DNA of 64,000 bases from Eledone cirrhosa (Eukaryota), in NCBI GenBank assembly GCA_964016885.1, contig OZ024747.1:12710001-12774000 (forward strand), in the 5' to 3' direction. The notes beneath the pieces were generated by a model. The model did not search any database. It was not told where the DNA came from and saw only the letters and a program-made list of their open reading frames with translations. Both the position numbers and the translations under genes were made by a program. Numbering within the stretch: the stretch's first letter is position 1; each line of letters opens with the position of its first letter. Shown piece after piece: positions 1-21,900 of this stretch.

Positions 1-2661
1 AAATAGACTCTTTAATTTGGCCCAAGTAAAAATGCAGCCAAGGTCAATTTTAGCGTTCCCCAATAAAAGAAAATGCTAGTAATATATAGAATTTAATCTT
101 CTGCTTAAGTTGAAATACCATAATCTTACTTAATCAGGAGCTGTGACTTTATTTTTTTCTTTAATACTTAGTAGCTTTTATAATCACTGTTTTAGTTTAA
201 TGTCCTACAGGATTAGATGTGCACTGTGTTCTGCAACAAAGTGGTAATTTCCACTTTAATTTAGAGTTATGTTTAAGACATTAGAGGAATCTTTAAAAAA
301 AACAAAAAACGTAAGCTTGCAATAGTGTTTACCTGAAATTAGGGAAGTTTTATCAATTAAGTAAAAAAGATCTCTAATTTGGGCACAAGGCAAGCAATTT
401 GGGGAGAGGTGAAAGTCAATTAAATTGACCCAAGTACTTAGTTTTATCAACTTTTACACCATTACATAATAGGGGTGAACTTGATAGAACAAGAAATAAT
501 CTTTTGATTAGCCAAGACCTCAGTGTAGCTTTAATTTCTTGTTGAAAATCATTTCACTTCTGATATTAATGCTCTTGGAAAAATATGTCCATAATGATAA
601 TGATAATCTCATCCATTCACTTCTAAAACAGATAGGGATTTATGCTTAGTCAAATGGGAGTTCTAAGATAGAAATATGTTGCTATAAATCCTTAAATAAT
701 TGATTAGATATCTAGCTTTCTCAAGCCTTGATGCCATGATATATATTTTAGATCACTAAGCTAGATATTATATCATATTCAATTCCATGCCTCACAATCT
801 AACCAAAGTCCATTTGACCTCTCATTCCTTCTGTGTTAATAAATTAAGCTGTTATTGTTATGTCAACTTTACATTAAAAAAATAATTTTAAAAAATTTAA
901 ATTCGATACCAAGACAACTGCTTTCTATTATTTTTTTTTCTTTCTTCCAAATATATAGGGATATTTAATTCTGTCTCCTCTTTTGAAATTATATATTTAA
1001 AATATTTACTTTTTCTTAGATGGCATATGCAATATGATTCTGCTTGTAGTTCTTAAATTTAATTTATCTTTTCTGATTTCTTTCAAAGAGAACCATAAGT
1101 AGCCATTTTGTTTTCGTCGTTTGTGACAATATGGTGTCTTAACTTAAAATGTAATATTCCTGATTTAAGCTGAAAAGTAGTCATCTAAGTGAACACCTTT
1201 AGGAAACAGAAATATATAAACTTTGTTAACATGTAGTTCTTCACTTTAAACAACTTACCTTGGTTGAAATTTTATGGGGAAAATGCTCATAAATCTTAGA
1301 CCTTCCTTTTTTTTTTATTGGGGCAACCATAAAACTTATGGACAGTTGAAGTTCACCCTTACTTAAGCACTGGTAACCAGTTTACAGGCAGGTTTACTTC
1401 AACCTCTTATCTAAAATGATATACAAAACTAATTTTCTTTAAAAGGGGACAACGTTTCAAGGGCATCTGATAGCCACACAAGTGGAAAACACCTGTACAG
1501 TCTTAGAAATCTTTGACTTATCACATCCTGCTTCATCTTTCATTGTGTGCTTCTCTCAGCCACTATCACTGCATTGCTAAACCATGTTAGCTCTAATGAT
1601 TTGTACCTAAGGTTTCATTAACCAGTATTAACCGTATACCCAATTTGCCATATTGTATGTATCCCCTCTTAAAAAAAAAATATAAAAGCTTATCCTTTTT
1701 CTGTATATAATATATATATTATATATAAACTCATCACAATGCATCTGGTCCACATCACAGCTACACTTACCCTAGCAAGTTATTTCTGAGGCTGTATAAA
1801 TTATTTTTCTTCCTTCATATATGTCCCTACCCTAGACCCATTTATCCCCTGTCTCAAAAGCAGTGTTTGGTTATGTTAGTGTTTCCCAGTCTGTTTCTAC
1901 CCTAAATGGTATGATGCAGATTGAAATTCAGTAACTAAACAAAAAAAAAAAAAAAAATCAGGTGAATATTTTGAACTACCAAGTTTTACTATTTATTTCT
2001 AGCTTAGACAGTATGTGTGTTGGTGATAATCATGATGATGTGTGTGTGCACGCGCACATGTAAGGGAGGTCATCAAATTCTAAATCCATCTCACCCCCAC
2101 CCAGACCTCCCCTCCACCCTATGCCCTTTTTTTTTTCTGTCCTTTTGAAAGCAATTTCAAATTCTATCTCAATATGAAAAAAAAAAAAAAAAAAAAAAAT
2201 TAAAATCTTTTTAAAATGTGAATTCTATATATCATCCCAAGTTGTAAATGAATAAAGATATTTATGTAACTAACTTGCTTAAAGTGTGTTGCTTCAATAA
2301 TACCTCCACACCCACCGACCACTTCACTTCCACATTTTTATTAATCATTGAGTGGATTTAAAAAAAAAAAAAAAACACAGAAGCAGGTTCAATTCTAATA
2401 CCCAGTTTCCCCCTCCATGCTTTCAAAAGGAAAACCCTAACTTTTGATTATCCTGTTCTGTTCAATTGATGTTTGAACTACTGGAATCTACAGTACGTAG
2501 TAAAGTTAGTGAATTGCTTATGTAATTTACTGCTTTTCTCTTATCAATTTAATTCTTGTCAGATAACCTCACTTGCAATATTTTCATATTTTGGTATTTA
2601 AAAAGACGAAGATACAAGCAAATCCAAAGACCCAGTCTTCAGAGCCAAGACAATCAATAGA

Positions 2662-2830
2662 TTAACCCTTTCACATTTAAACTGGCTGTATCTGGCCAGA
2701 ATTCTCACCTATCTGGTCAAACCAGCTGCTCATACTTATTTTAAGGTATTGTTCTCAAAATAAATATCCAAATCCCAGATTCGATATGTGAAAATACAAT
2801 AGTATATCTAGAGTAATGCGAAAGGGTTAA
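2662..2830 (+). mobile_element. piggyBac-type MITE (TTAA-CCCTTT...AAAGGG-TTAA), copy 1
   Basis: TTAA flanks, terminal inverted repeats, and internal sequence shared with six other copies. Confidence 0.8.
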
Positions 2831-5800
2831 ATCTAATCTATAACTCCACCCTTCTCAATATAGTTAGTGTTTGACTAAACATGGGCTAAGTTTAAGCCAG
2901 GTTTAACTTCACATTTCATCCCTCTGACATCTACTTCATTAACTTTCTGCCTCTACATTTTGGGGGTTGTGAGAAATTATAAATATTGTCAAGCAAACTA
3001 AACTGACTCATCTCTGCATAATTGTTTTGGAAGAAAATTTCAAGTTGACCAGGTTAAACCATTGAATGGTCAATTATTCCTATTGATAGTAACTGGGCAT
3101 TTGCAATATCACAGGGTCACTAACATTTCATACCAAATGCAAGCTTAGATCAATTAAAGTAGTAAAATCTGCTCTATTGCTAATCTCAAGCAATAAAGAC
3201 TGACATTAGGTCAAATCATACTCAGTACATTTCCAAAATTAAAGTTTATTACTATTATAATTTAAGTAACTGTTGGTCTTACAGTTTATAGCTCATGAGT
3301 CCAGTACAAAATATACATTACAATCGATTCCAAAGAGCTTAAAGAAAATTTAATCTACATAAAAAAAAAAAAAAAAAGCAATAAAACATCACTTTATTAA
3401 CTATCACATTACCAGAGGTAAAATCTTTGGATCAATTTGAGCTACATTCCTGGAACTATCTAGTCCAAGCTTTCATGTAAATTTATTTCAACTTTGAAGT
3501 AAAAAGTTTACTTTACACCCTGATCTGTAGATGTTGCATGTGGTGGCTGTCAACCATCTCCCATAATTACTTTACCTTCAGCCAATAACTGATAGTGCTA
3601 TTTCAACCTAACACTGCTTTTCATTTATATTTTTAAATTTAAAAAAAAAAATTGATCCTGCTTCTTAAACTCATCTCAACTGTCAAAAATAAAAGTAATA
3701 ATAGAACATGGAACAATGTTTTTAGTCTGAGTCTAACTGCACTGAGGGGGAGGATTGCCAAGCATGTAGCATATATAAAGTTGGGAATACTATAAACTAT
3801 AACTTTATTAATAGCCTTATTAACATGGCAGTGTTTCAGTACATAAGTGTCGGATGAAAATTTATTTGGAAAGCACAGCCTTTTCAGTTTCCTCGCCAGT
3901 GCTGTTTACATTCAGTGTGTACATGCACATAACCTTATTACATTCCATATTTGGCATAGTTTCTGCTAGTGGATGCCTTTCTTAATGCCAACCATAATAC
4001 AGGGTTTATTGGATGTTTTTCACGACACCACCACCACCACTAGAGGGGTTGTCACAGCTGAGGGTTAACTAGAAAAAAATATCAGGAACATACAGAATGG
4101 AGATTTGCCAGGCAGCAAATAAAGACAAACTTTCATGGTACAGTCACATATTCTGCCACGACTCCGTGTAAAGCCATCCTTTAGAGCAGTTGAAGGACAA
4201 AAAAAAAAAGATACTGGTTCAACATCAAAGACTAATACCGCAGACCTTTTGTGTTTTAGAATATAAAGACCAGTCGCAACAGCTGAATGTGAAAGTATTT
4301 AGTGTGGCACTTCAATGACTGGCTGCATTAATGAATTCAAGATATCCCCTAAAATGACTTTTTAATAGGTCTGCTCGATCAACTATGCAACCAGTAATTG
4401 GTGATAAAGGCATTCAACCATAGAAAACCTGCCAAACAAAAAGGTCAAGACGACTCTTCAGTTGTGTCAAATTCCCTTTGCAGTGTACGGGGTTATATAT
4501 AAGCATGGTGCTGGCCTAACACGAGGGCTGTACCTTTGCTTTGAGTAGTAATCTGGTCTGTTGACGGCCCTTCCAATATTTACTAGCACAAGCAGATGAT
4601 TAAAAGTGTTCTATTTGATAAGCTTAGATGCCTAAATATTTTCTCATTTCATAGGGCAATTTTAAGATTTCTGTCACCACTGACCAACATTTTAGTCACT
4701 GAAGAAACTTGAATCATAAACCATACTTGGTAGAGCGTGGGAATGTAAGCAAGATGACGGCTCTTGACCTGTCTGAATAGGCAGCAAGCCCTGCTCAAAT
4801 ACTGACTTGGCCTATGACAACCTGTCCAAGCCTTCCTAGCAGGGTAAATGGACATAAAAAGATGACGAAACTGACCTTTTGATCATATAAACAATCAATG
4901 ATTTAACAGAGTCAGATTACTTAACTGGTACTTTCCATTGATAATGGAAGTATGTAACAAATTGGAAGACTTCAAAATATCTAGCAGTTTAGCAGTGCCT
5001 ATTTTATGCAATAGAATAAATAATCATCTGCTTGCACAGGGTAGAGTTGTATGTGAACGAGCAGAAGCATCTTTGAGTAAGAGTTGAAGAGAATTAATCC
5101 AGCAATGACATTGAAGGATTCAAATGTAGCAATGAAGGAAATACTCCGGATGACAGCTTTGTCACCAGATTTTAGCAAATATTTTGAAAAATTTGAGGTT
5201 CAAAAAATAGTTAACTTTGGTAAATGCTACTTGTTTTGGCCCAGTTTGTCTATTTCGAATGCTATGCTGTCCCACCCTTGCAAGCAGGGAAAAGCGGATG
5301 TAAAATGATGATGAATACTAAGTTTTTACACACCATATAGCACGATTGTTAGACTATTTGGTTAATAAATCGTCTTCATTATTTAAGATCTGTTTTCCCT
5401 GCTAGTATTTGTTGGACAGGTCACCACAGACCCAAGCCAGTACTCTAACAGAACAACTGACCAATCAGACATGTGGAAATAATTTTTACATTTTAAAGAA
5501 TAAGTGGTCTTTCTAGTCCAAGGCTTGATTCAATTACTATATCAGTCTTCAAACATAGAAATTAAATTTAGGACAAGGTGTCCATTGTTGAAAATGCCAT
5601 AACCTGAGTCATAAAAAGCCTAACAACTGTACTATTGACAGACTTTACAACAAAAATATTGCTAACCTTTCTTAATATTTTGTAGCGTCTTAATAGCAGC
5701 TAGATGTTTATGCCAGCATTGTACTACCTACCACATCTTGCTTCTCTTTACATCCATTTCCCTATACTTGCATCAGAAGGATGGTTTATTTGCTGGAACA

Positions 5801-5946
5801 ACTAAATGTCCTTGCTAACACTTAACTGAATGAGGCCAGTTTAGTTGCTACAATCTGACCAACTTAACAGGATTCCATCAGTTTTCGAGTCAAAAACATA
5901 CCCACTAAAAGCTTATGAAATAACAATACAAAGTCAAAAGTTACCA

Positions 5947-5952
5947 TTTATT
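5947..5952 (-). terminator. Candidate polyadenylation signal of ATP synthase beta
   Basis: AATAAA on the minus strand (plus strand tttatt), about 85 nt past the stop codon. Confidence 0.55.
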
Positions 5953-6037
5953 ACCTCAAATGAATATCTACAAAAGGTGAACTGGTAAAGCAAACTGCTC
6001 GAAGAAACATTTGTTAATGAACTAACACTTATACTTC

Positions 6038-14141
<8,104 letters not shown>

Positions 14142-14159
14142 TATGGCTGATCACTGCGA

Positions 14160-14300
14160 TGTTAGAAAAGTCACGTGCTCATTTATCTGACGTATTCGCT
14201 TACGAAGTAGACACATCGATAGTCTTCGGCAATTTCCGTCGGATTTGGAATGCACTTAATAATTAATATTTTTAACAAAATTGAATTCTGTGACGTCCTT
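14160..14300 (-). promoter_or_regulatory. Proximal promoter/5' region of ATP synthase beta
   Basis: CpG-retaining patch just upstream of the ATG, with E-box GTCACGTG (~14171) and CRE-like TGACGTA (~14189) and TGACGTC (~14292). Confidence 0.45.
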
Positions 14301-16289
14301 TTTAGCTCCATTCATCAAATTATATTATAAATAAAATATCTGCATCAAATTAGACTAAAAATTCAAGTTCTGTTAAATGCCGACACTGTAATAGAAAGGT
14401 GACCGAGTTAATCAATGACAACAGTTCTTCATTCACACCGAGTTAAACCAAACCAACATATAATAATGATACTTAACTTTTATAAATATATATATTATGG
14501 TTAACGATCAGTTCTGATATATTGAGAAAATACTTATAACAAAGAGGTGACTTAGCTACTTGCTATAGGTAGTCGCTTTATAGTGTAACCTTAGCAATTA
14601 TTGACACTCAATTATCGACTCTAATAAACATTAAAGGTATTTAATTATCAAAAAGCTATAGTTAATAAATTTTATTTATAGACATAGTAATCGATACTAA
14701 AATTAAATAGTAAAAACGTGACATAGGTTTATGTACTTACTGCCATATATTAAAGCAACAAAAGAAAATTCATTTTATTAAACTAAGAATCGTGTAGGAA
14801 GAAAATACAAATAACAAGAGTTTCCTAAATTAATAAGTTGCTGGCAGGTATCAGTTTAGTACACCCCACCGTATTTGTTTCCTCAACTTCCTGAATAACG
14901 CACGCCTTTTTTATTGAAATACATTTTCAAATGTGTAGATTATAAGTTGTAGAAATTATATTATGTTCCACTAAAAATGTCCTGATTGATATTGATTCCT
15001 CATCAAACGTGTGAGGAAAAAATTCCGAGTTGACGTTTAGCTTGCAACAAACACAGGTCGAAAATGTTCAGTAAATTAATGGATTAATGAACGGAAGTAT
15101 ACAATAATGAAAGTATCAAATCTGTTTAATTTAAAAAAATTTCATTAACATAATTCTAATCAACATCTTGAAAAAGGTATCTCTGTAGAATTTCATTCAC
15201 AATTACACATTGTTAAGAAAGTTAAGAAAAAAACAAATTCTGACAGGGTGGAGAGTGGAGCACTTAACTTCAGTTAAACCCGGCAAAATAACAATCATTT
15301 ACAGCTTTTTATTCTATTTCAATAAAATCTAATCTTTATGTTAAAAAAAGATGTTAATAAATAAAATATAAATACAGCACATGTATATTCATAATATAAA
15401 GTGGTGGTGAAGGTGGGAGTAATAGACCTACACGCTTAATCACTACAAGGGGCACTGGAGCAACTCTCTAGTAATTTGTTAGATGCAGGAAAGGTATCCT
15501 GTTTAGGAGAGCAGTTACTCTTAAAAGACATACAGAGTAGAAAGGACTCTTAAGTCCTAATATACAATCTCACAAGTGTGGCTGGTACAATAAAATGCAG
15601 CAAGTCCACACTGTAAAGTGGTTGTTGATAGGAAGGGCATTCAGCCAGAAAACTTCTGGGGGAAAAAAGACATAACCAGCACAACATAGAGTATTAAAAA
15701 TAATTGCATATATAGTCTACAATATGCTTGAGTGAAGTGGTAAAGAAAACTAGACTGTGAATGATTGGAGATGATGATGATGAAAGGTAAAGAATGCAAC
15801 AAAGGAACACAGAATACCACCTTTAATGGTTGAAAACCAGACTGTCAAAGATGTGAGCCAATATGTATAGTGTTGTGTGTTATGATTAGGACTGTGAAAC
15901 TAATGTTATGCACAGATTCAGAAAAGCGACATCAATATTTCATAGAAATTGATAAAAATCTGCACTGAATACATAAGACATCAACATCAAGATCTCCTTG
16001 TACAGCAAATGATGCTAAGTACAAATTATTAACTAATTCTAGTCAGTCTTTCCAGCATTTGAAAAGCATTTATTTCACTTTCATTCTTACTACTAACTCT
16101 TGTCTATCTATCACATACAGTCTAGTTTCTCAGTCAGACTTCTATAATTCCACTACACCTTGTGTGTCTATACTTTACACAAGGTACATTGCATTAACCA
16201 TTCTGCCCAATCCTTTTTCCTAATAACATAAATCCCCAGGTTTTTAAAAATTAACATTAAAACAGCATATCTTTGACTAGAATAAACTT

Positions 16290-16832
16290 TATTGATTGAA
16301 AAATACCAATAGAATCTACACATTTTTGCCTACAAGATACAAGTTAATTTATTCCAGTAACATTGAATTCTAAAGTTATTTGAACACATTTTTATGGCTG
16401 TTTGGTTGCTGAAGACTTTTCCTTGCAAGAACTGTAGAAATACTTGAAAAAGTGATAGTCAGTTGGTAAAAGATCCAGTGAGTATGCTGGGCATGGCAAA
16501 GTTTTGTAGTCTAATTTGTTCAACTTCTGGAGCAATGATTGTGGAAAGTGTGGTCAAGCAAAGTTGTGCAAGAGGATTGAACCTTTTCTATTGACCAATG
16601 CAACATAGATATACTGTAATTTGTTATGCAGTTCCTCAATTTCATGACAATAGTTTTCTGCTGTGATTGGTTTGCTAGGATTCAGAAAGCTGTAGTGGAT
16701 TGATCTGGGTGCAGACCACCAAACACTCACCACAGTATTCCTTTGGTGCTACTACAGCTTTGGGAAGAGTTTAGGAGCTTCATATTCGTCCAACCACTGT
16801 GCTGAACATCACTGGTTGTTGTTCAAGATCCA
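16290..16832 (-). mobile_element. Decayed mariner transposase (DD34D catalytic region, Hsmar1/cecropia-like)
   Basis: Minus-strand translation with stops and frameshifts: SAQWLDEYEAPKLFPK..VSVWWSA..IHYSFLNP..ITAENYC..ALVNRKGSILLH..LQKLNKLDYKTLPCPAYSLDLLPTDYHFFK..TGIN*LVSCRQKCVD. Confidence 0.85.
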
Positions 16833-16839
16833 ATTGAAG

Positions 16840-17230
16840 GTGGTCATGTTGGTGACTTGACAAAAAGCATTCAGTCCACACTGTAAGGTGGTCATGTTTG
16901 AGACATGATAAAGTGCCCAATTCATCCTGTAAAGTGGTCATTTTGGTGTTACAATAAAAAGCACCCAGTCCACAATGTTATGTGGGTGGGGTTAGGAATG
17001 GCATCTAGCTGTAGAAACCAAACCAAAATACAGATCTGTATGGGCCTGACTTGTCTCATAACATGACCAGCCATCTAACCCATGCAAGCATGGAAATTGG
17101 ACGTTAAACAATGATGATCATGACATAAATACACATAAGGTGGTTGGTGATAGGAAGAGCATCCTACTGTAGAAACCATGCCTGAAAGAGTTGAGAGGAC
17201 CGTTCAGTTGCGTCAACGGTGTGACCTCTC
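16840..17230 (+). mobile_element. Abundant retroposon 3' fragments (family B, (ATG)n tail; RTE-like)
   Basis: Shared gtggttggtgataggaagggcatccagctgtagaaacc...gcatggaaa..ggacgttaaac.atgatgat. Other copies at ~23320-23525 and 25500-25810 (+); 3870-4040, 28743-28945, 33040-33235, 33465-33660, 48005-48315 and 54205-54265 (-). Confidence 0.6.
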
Positions 17231-18016
17231 TAGTAATAGTTCAACGATAAAATATTTATACATACACACATGTATATATGTTAAAGGAAACTATGAAAGA
17301 GGAAGACATAGGAAAGCTTGTGATGAAGTGATAAAAGCTGACATTGCACAATTGAACCTCTCAAAGGCGATGACACAAGAGTGAGATCTCTGGTAATATG
17401 TTGTTCGGCAGTACATCCACCTGCCCATGTGCACAGAATAAAACAAACAGCTAGAGGACACTTATGTACACCAACCTTCCTCTCCTCCCCCAAAAATCTC
17501 ACATCTTAATATTAAAACTTTTCAAGGAAGTATGACACAGCCTTATGTACTGTTTATTACAATAAATTACCGTATTTTGAGCTGTTTTAACTTCTTCTTA
17601 TATTTAAAAACAAAATTTTTATATATATATACACACGAAACCTAACTCTGACGTGTATATACGCAATGAAACCGTTGAACACGACAATACACTTTCTTTT
17701 TCTATCTGGAGTTCTATCAGAGATTCTCAGAAAAAATACTTTCTGCAACAGGATTTCTCCCTTGTATTACTCTCCAGCAATGAAATCAGATTTGGATACT
17801 TTTGGGAGCATACATTAACTAACAAAGTCGTTATATATCATATAAATTTAGGAGATTTACTTACTTTTAAATTTATAATAATTGCCCAAGAATGAATTAT
17901 ATTAATATTTTTCATTAAAACATCTAAAAATTGGTAAAATAAAAAAAAAGAAAATGAAATGGAAAAAGAAACCAAGTTTTTGAAGTAACATATTGGTTTC
18001 TCCCTTTTGTTAAAAG

Positions 18017-18488
18017 ATGGCGCCCACCGGTGGTGTGTCAACGTGTCTATTATGCTTATGGTTTGCATGTGGTGTTGTTATTGCCTGGGACAGTGATCAT
18101 TTGGAGCTTTTTGATCTTGTTGAAGAAATCGGGAATAATTTCTATGAAGTTTTAGGCGTTGAAGAGGTAAGAGATTGTTTTGAAGGTAAAACGTAGGGAA
18201 CATACCAACATGATGGGTGAGTGTGTCATCAACAGAACTATCATATGTAATAGTTTAGCTCTTAAAAGAAAACATACAAAAATGACGTTTTGCCAGAGCA
18301 CAAAGACCTCGTTGTTTATATATATTTCTAAGACTTAATTGTGAATAAATGTTTCATGCATCCTTTGTCACAAGCATGTCTGCGTTATCGATCGCATTCT
18401 CAGGTGGATGTGTTGAACGTTGTTTATCAACGTTGATCAACTTTATATATATATATATAACGCACAATACATAAACATATATATAAAA

Positions 18489-18523
<35 letters not shown>

Positions 18524-18785
18524 TGTTTCTACTTTAGGCACAAGGCCAGCAATAACCCAGTGCATTACTGGTACTTTATTTTATCGACCCCGTAAGGATG
18601 AAAGGCAAAGTCAACCTCATTCAATATATATATATATCATTCAATATATATATATATATATTGAATGATATATATATATATATTGAATGATTGCGGTTTC
18701 GAAACCGGATAGACCACAAATCAGGGTAGCATTCTAGGTATTCTGTGCATGTGAAGTAGATATATATTAACTTAATTGTTTATGT

Positions 18786-18853
<68 letters not shown>

Positions 18854-18948
18854 TTATATATACATATTGCTCCAAATTTATTAATTTGTTGAGTTGCTTC
18901 AACTGACTAGTACTTAGCAGCTGTTTCTAGCCCCGTCACGACATCCAG

Positions 18949-18989
<41 letters not shown>

Positions 18990-21900
18990 CACACACATGA
19001 CAATAGATTTCTTTAAACCATTTAATAGCTTTACAAATAACATCTCTTCTGAACTTTTATTTTTATCTACACACACACACATATATATACACATACATAC
19101 ACACGATTCCTGCTAAGTGGCAGGTACAATTTCCTGATATAGTACTGTTTACTATATTGAAATTTAGAGGTATTTGCTCAACAAACAGTTTGTAGGGAGT
19201 AGCTATGTATAGGGTCATAAACTGATTAGAAGTAAAGTATTTTCTGGTCTCTAAAGAGAAGCCTAGTTTTCAGTTGCAGAGTTAGCAAGATTCATTGATG
19301 TGAGGTTGCCATGAGATATCATCCCAGACAGAGAGGTTTAGTTAAACTTCAAGGTTTCTAGTTCTATATTTGTTGGAAGGAATGCATAAGTATTCTTAAT
19401 TATTCCCAGGTTTCTCACTGATTCTGAGATTTAATTTTCCAAGTGCCCTTATGTAGAAAGCATATTTACCTGCAAATTTTCAACTGAACTTCATGTTTCA
19501 TGCACTGGAGAACACCATCATATCTTTTGAATTCAAAATGCAAACATGCACACACACAAGAAGTTTAACCATTTCACTGTTTTGGCTATTCAGTGTAATT
19601 TTGTATATGTCAAAATATGAGTAGTTTTGATATCTAAAATTTACTATTAAAGCTATTATAGGTCAATGGTGATTTGCTTGGAATGGTTGACAATTATTGT
19701 TTGTTAGTCTGTAATATATGCTGGTCCTCAAACCAGTGATATCATTTCTATTAGGAATTTAATTCTTAATTTTCTACCATATAAAACCACATTAGAAAGA
19801 AGTTCTTGAAAAGTAGAAAATAGCACTATGGCTGCATTACATTAAAAATTGAACTATTTACTCTAATTCTGCAAATTTTCACAATGATCTGTTCACTAGT
19901 AAAGATACTGTAAACATTTGAATTAAACTAACTCGTTTTTATATATTTTTCTATTAAATCATTATAAAATGTTTAATATCCTTGACTTTATTTCTGTTTA
20001 GACTGCTTCATCTACAGAGATACGGCGAGCTTATCGCAAACTTTCTTTGCAACTTCACCCTGATAAAAATAAAGCTCCTGATGCTGAAAAAAAATTCCTT
20101 GAGGTAAATTTGTTTTCTTTTTCTTTTCATGACATCAACATCACCACCGTTTAATGTCCATTTTTCGACGCTTGCATGGGTTAGAGGATATGTTTTGTTT
20201 TTCTTTATAAATATATATCATGCAAACAAGGCTGTTGGTTATGTTGTAGAAGACTATATTGTTAATATTACTTTGGTTGATCAATCTTTCATTACCATAT
20301 GTCTAATAAAATACACTGCCTATGTGTTTCAATTAATTTTGAAATTAATCAAATATTTCGAAGGTTTTAATCAAATAACTTTTTCATTAGTAACCTGATA
20401 TTTAGAACATTATTTAAAAAAAAAACATTTCTTATACAAAATTATAAAACATTTTAATATGAAGTTTTGTATCACAAATGCAGAGTGGCTTTAGGCAGAT
20501 GTGTATCCAAAGGGTTAAAAATGAATGAATACAAAAAATAATATTGTTGGTTATTTTTTTTCAGATGGTGTCAGTTTATGAGGTTTTAAAAGATCCTGAG
20601 AAAAGACAAAGGTTAGTATGTATTTCTGAAAGAATCAGACTTATATGCTGTGGTTGTTTAGCCCCAGATCAAACTAATTTGAACAGACCCATGTTCAGTT
20701 AGATGGTGTTCTAACCATTGATCCTTCAATCCATGCTGAAATGTTGTGTTAGGTAGAGCAACCAGCCATAGAAAATGGATCACCTGACCAGTCTCGCTTC
20801 ATAGCACAATAGTTAGAATCAGATGTACATATTGTGGTTGTTTAGCTCCAGATTGAGCAGACCTATGTTCAAAGGTATTCAAGCCATGCCTACCCTGTCT
20901 TTATGTGTATCATGTATCAAGGATTACATTATCGAAGGTGATGGGTTGTTATTTCAGAGAGATTTGGCTGCTCTTTCTAGCAAGTTTAGCAATGACATAG
21001 AAGTTCTCTTATCTGCTCAATCAGATGTTTGTTGTATTCAGTTATACAACTGAATAATGTGAAGTTAAAGTGCTAGGCATTTGATCATATTGTTGTGCAT
21101 TCAAAACTTGCTTTACCCATTGTATTGTGAGTCTGAACAAATTAACATGAATTTTAATTACTACTTTACAAGCATACAGTTAGTAGTAAGAAGAGCAATC
21201 ACCCATAAAAAGAATTGCTCTGGCAATATGCAAATGTCTAAATGTATTAAGTAAAGACACACACACTCTCCATGCTTGCATCATAATTATTGTTATAAAT
21301 CACTATTTTGCTACAAAAAATTTTTTTATATGCCTAGGAAAGAAATTTTATTTCTAACTTCATGTATTTTAGATATAATGAAGTTCTCAAGAATGGGCTT
21401 CCCGATTGGAAACAACCTGTCTTTTACTATCGACGAGTTCGCAAAATGGGTCTCCTTGAGCTTAGTGTTTTAATGTTCCTCATTCTAACTGTCGGACAGT
21501 ATCTGGTCATCTGGTCAGTTTACTTAGAAAGGAAATTCACTGTAGTAAGTATTTATAATTTCCTTCTTTTTTACCGTGATAATGATCAATTCCACATTGT
21601 CCAGGTATTGTGGTAGTGATGGTGGTGGTCTCTGTATTTACGATACATGTACATATAGAAACTTCCTTAAAAATTATATTTATTTTATTCTAAGACACAG
21701 AATAATTATTTTTCCAGAAACCACTTTCAACATCATAGTGTATAGATATAGATCAGGATAGTAGGGGTTATTGAATATGAACTGATCTACTCTGTTGCCA
21801 CTTGTCTTTTCACAAATAATACAACAGAGATAGTATACTGTATGAAATTACTACCTACTCTTTTTTTTTTTGGCATATCAATCATTGCCACTTCTCAGAT

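Noticed and set aside
1-2300. Possible 3'UTR of an upstream plus-strand gene (AATAAA at 2251)
   Set aside because: No coding exon is visible in the window, and AATAAA is common in AT-rich DNA.
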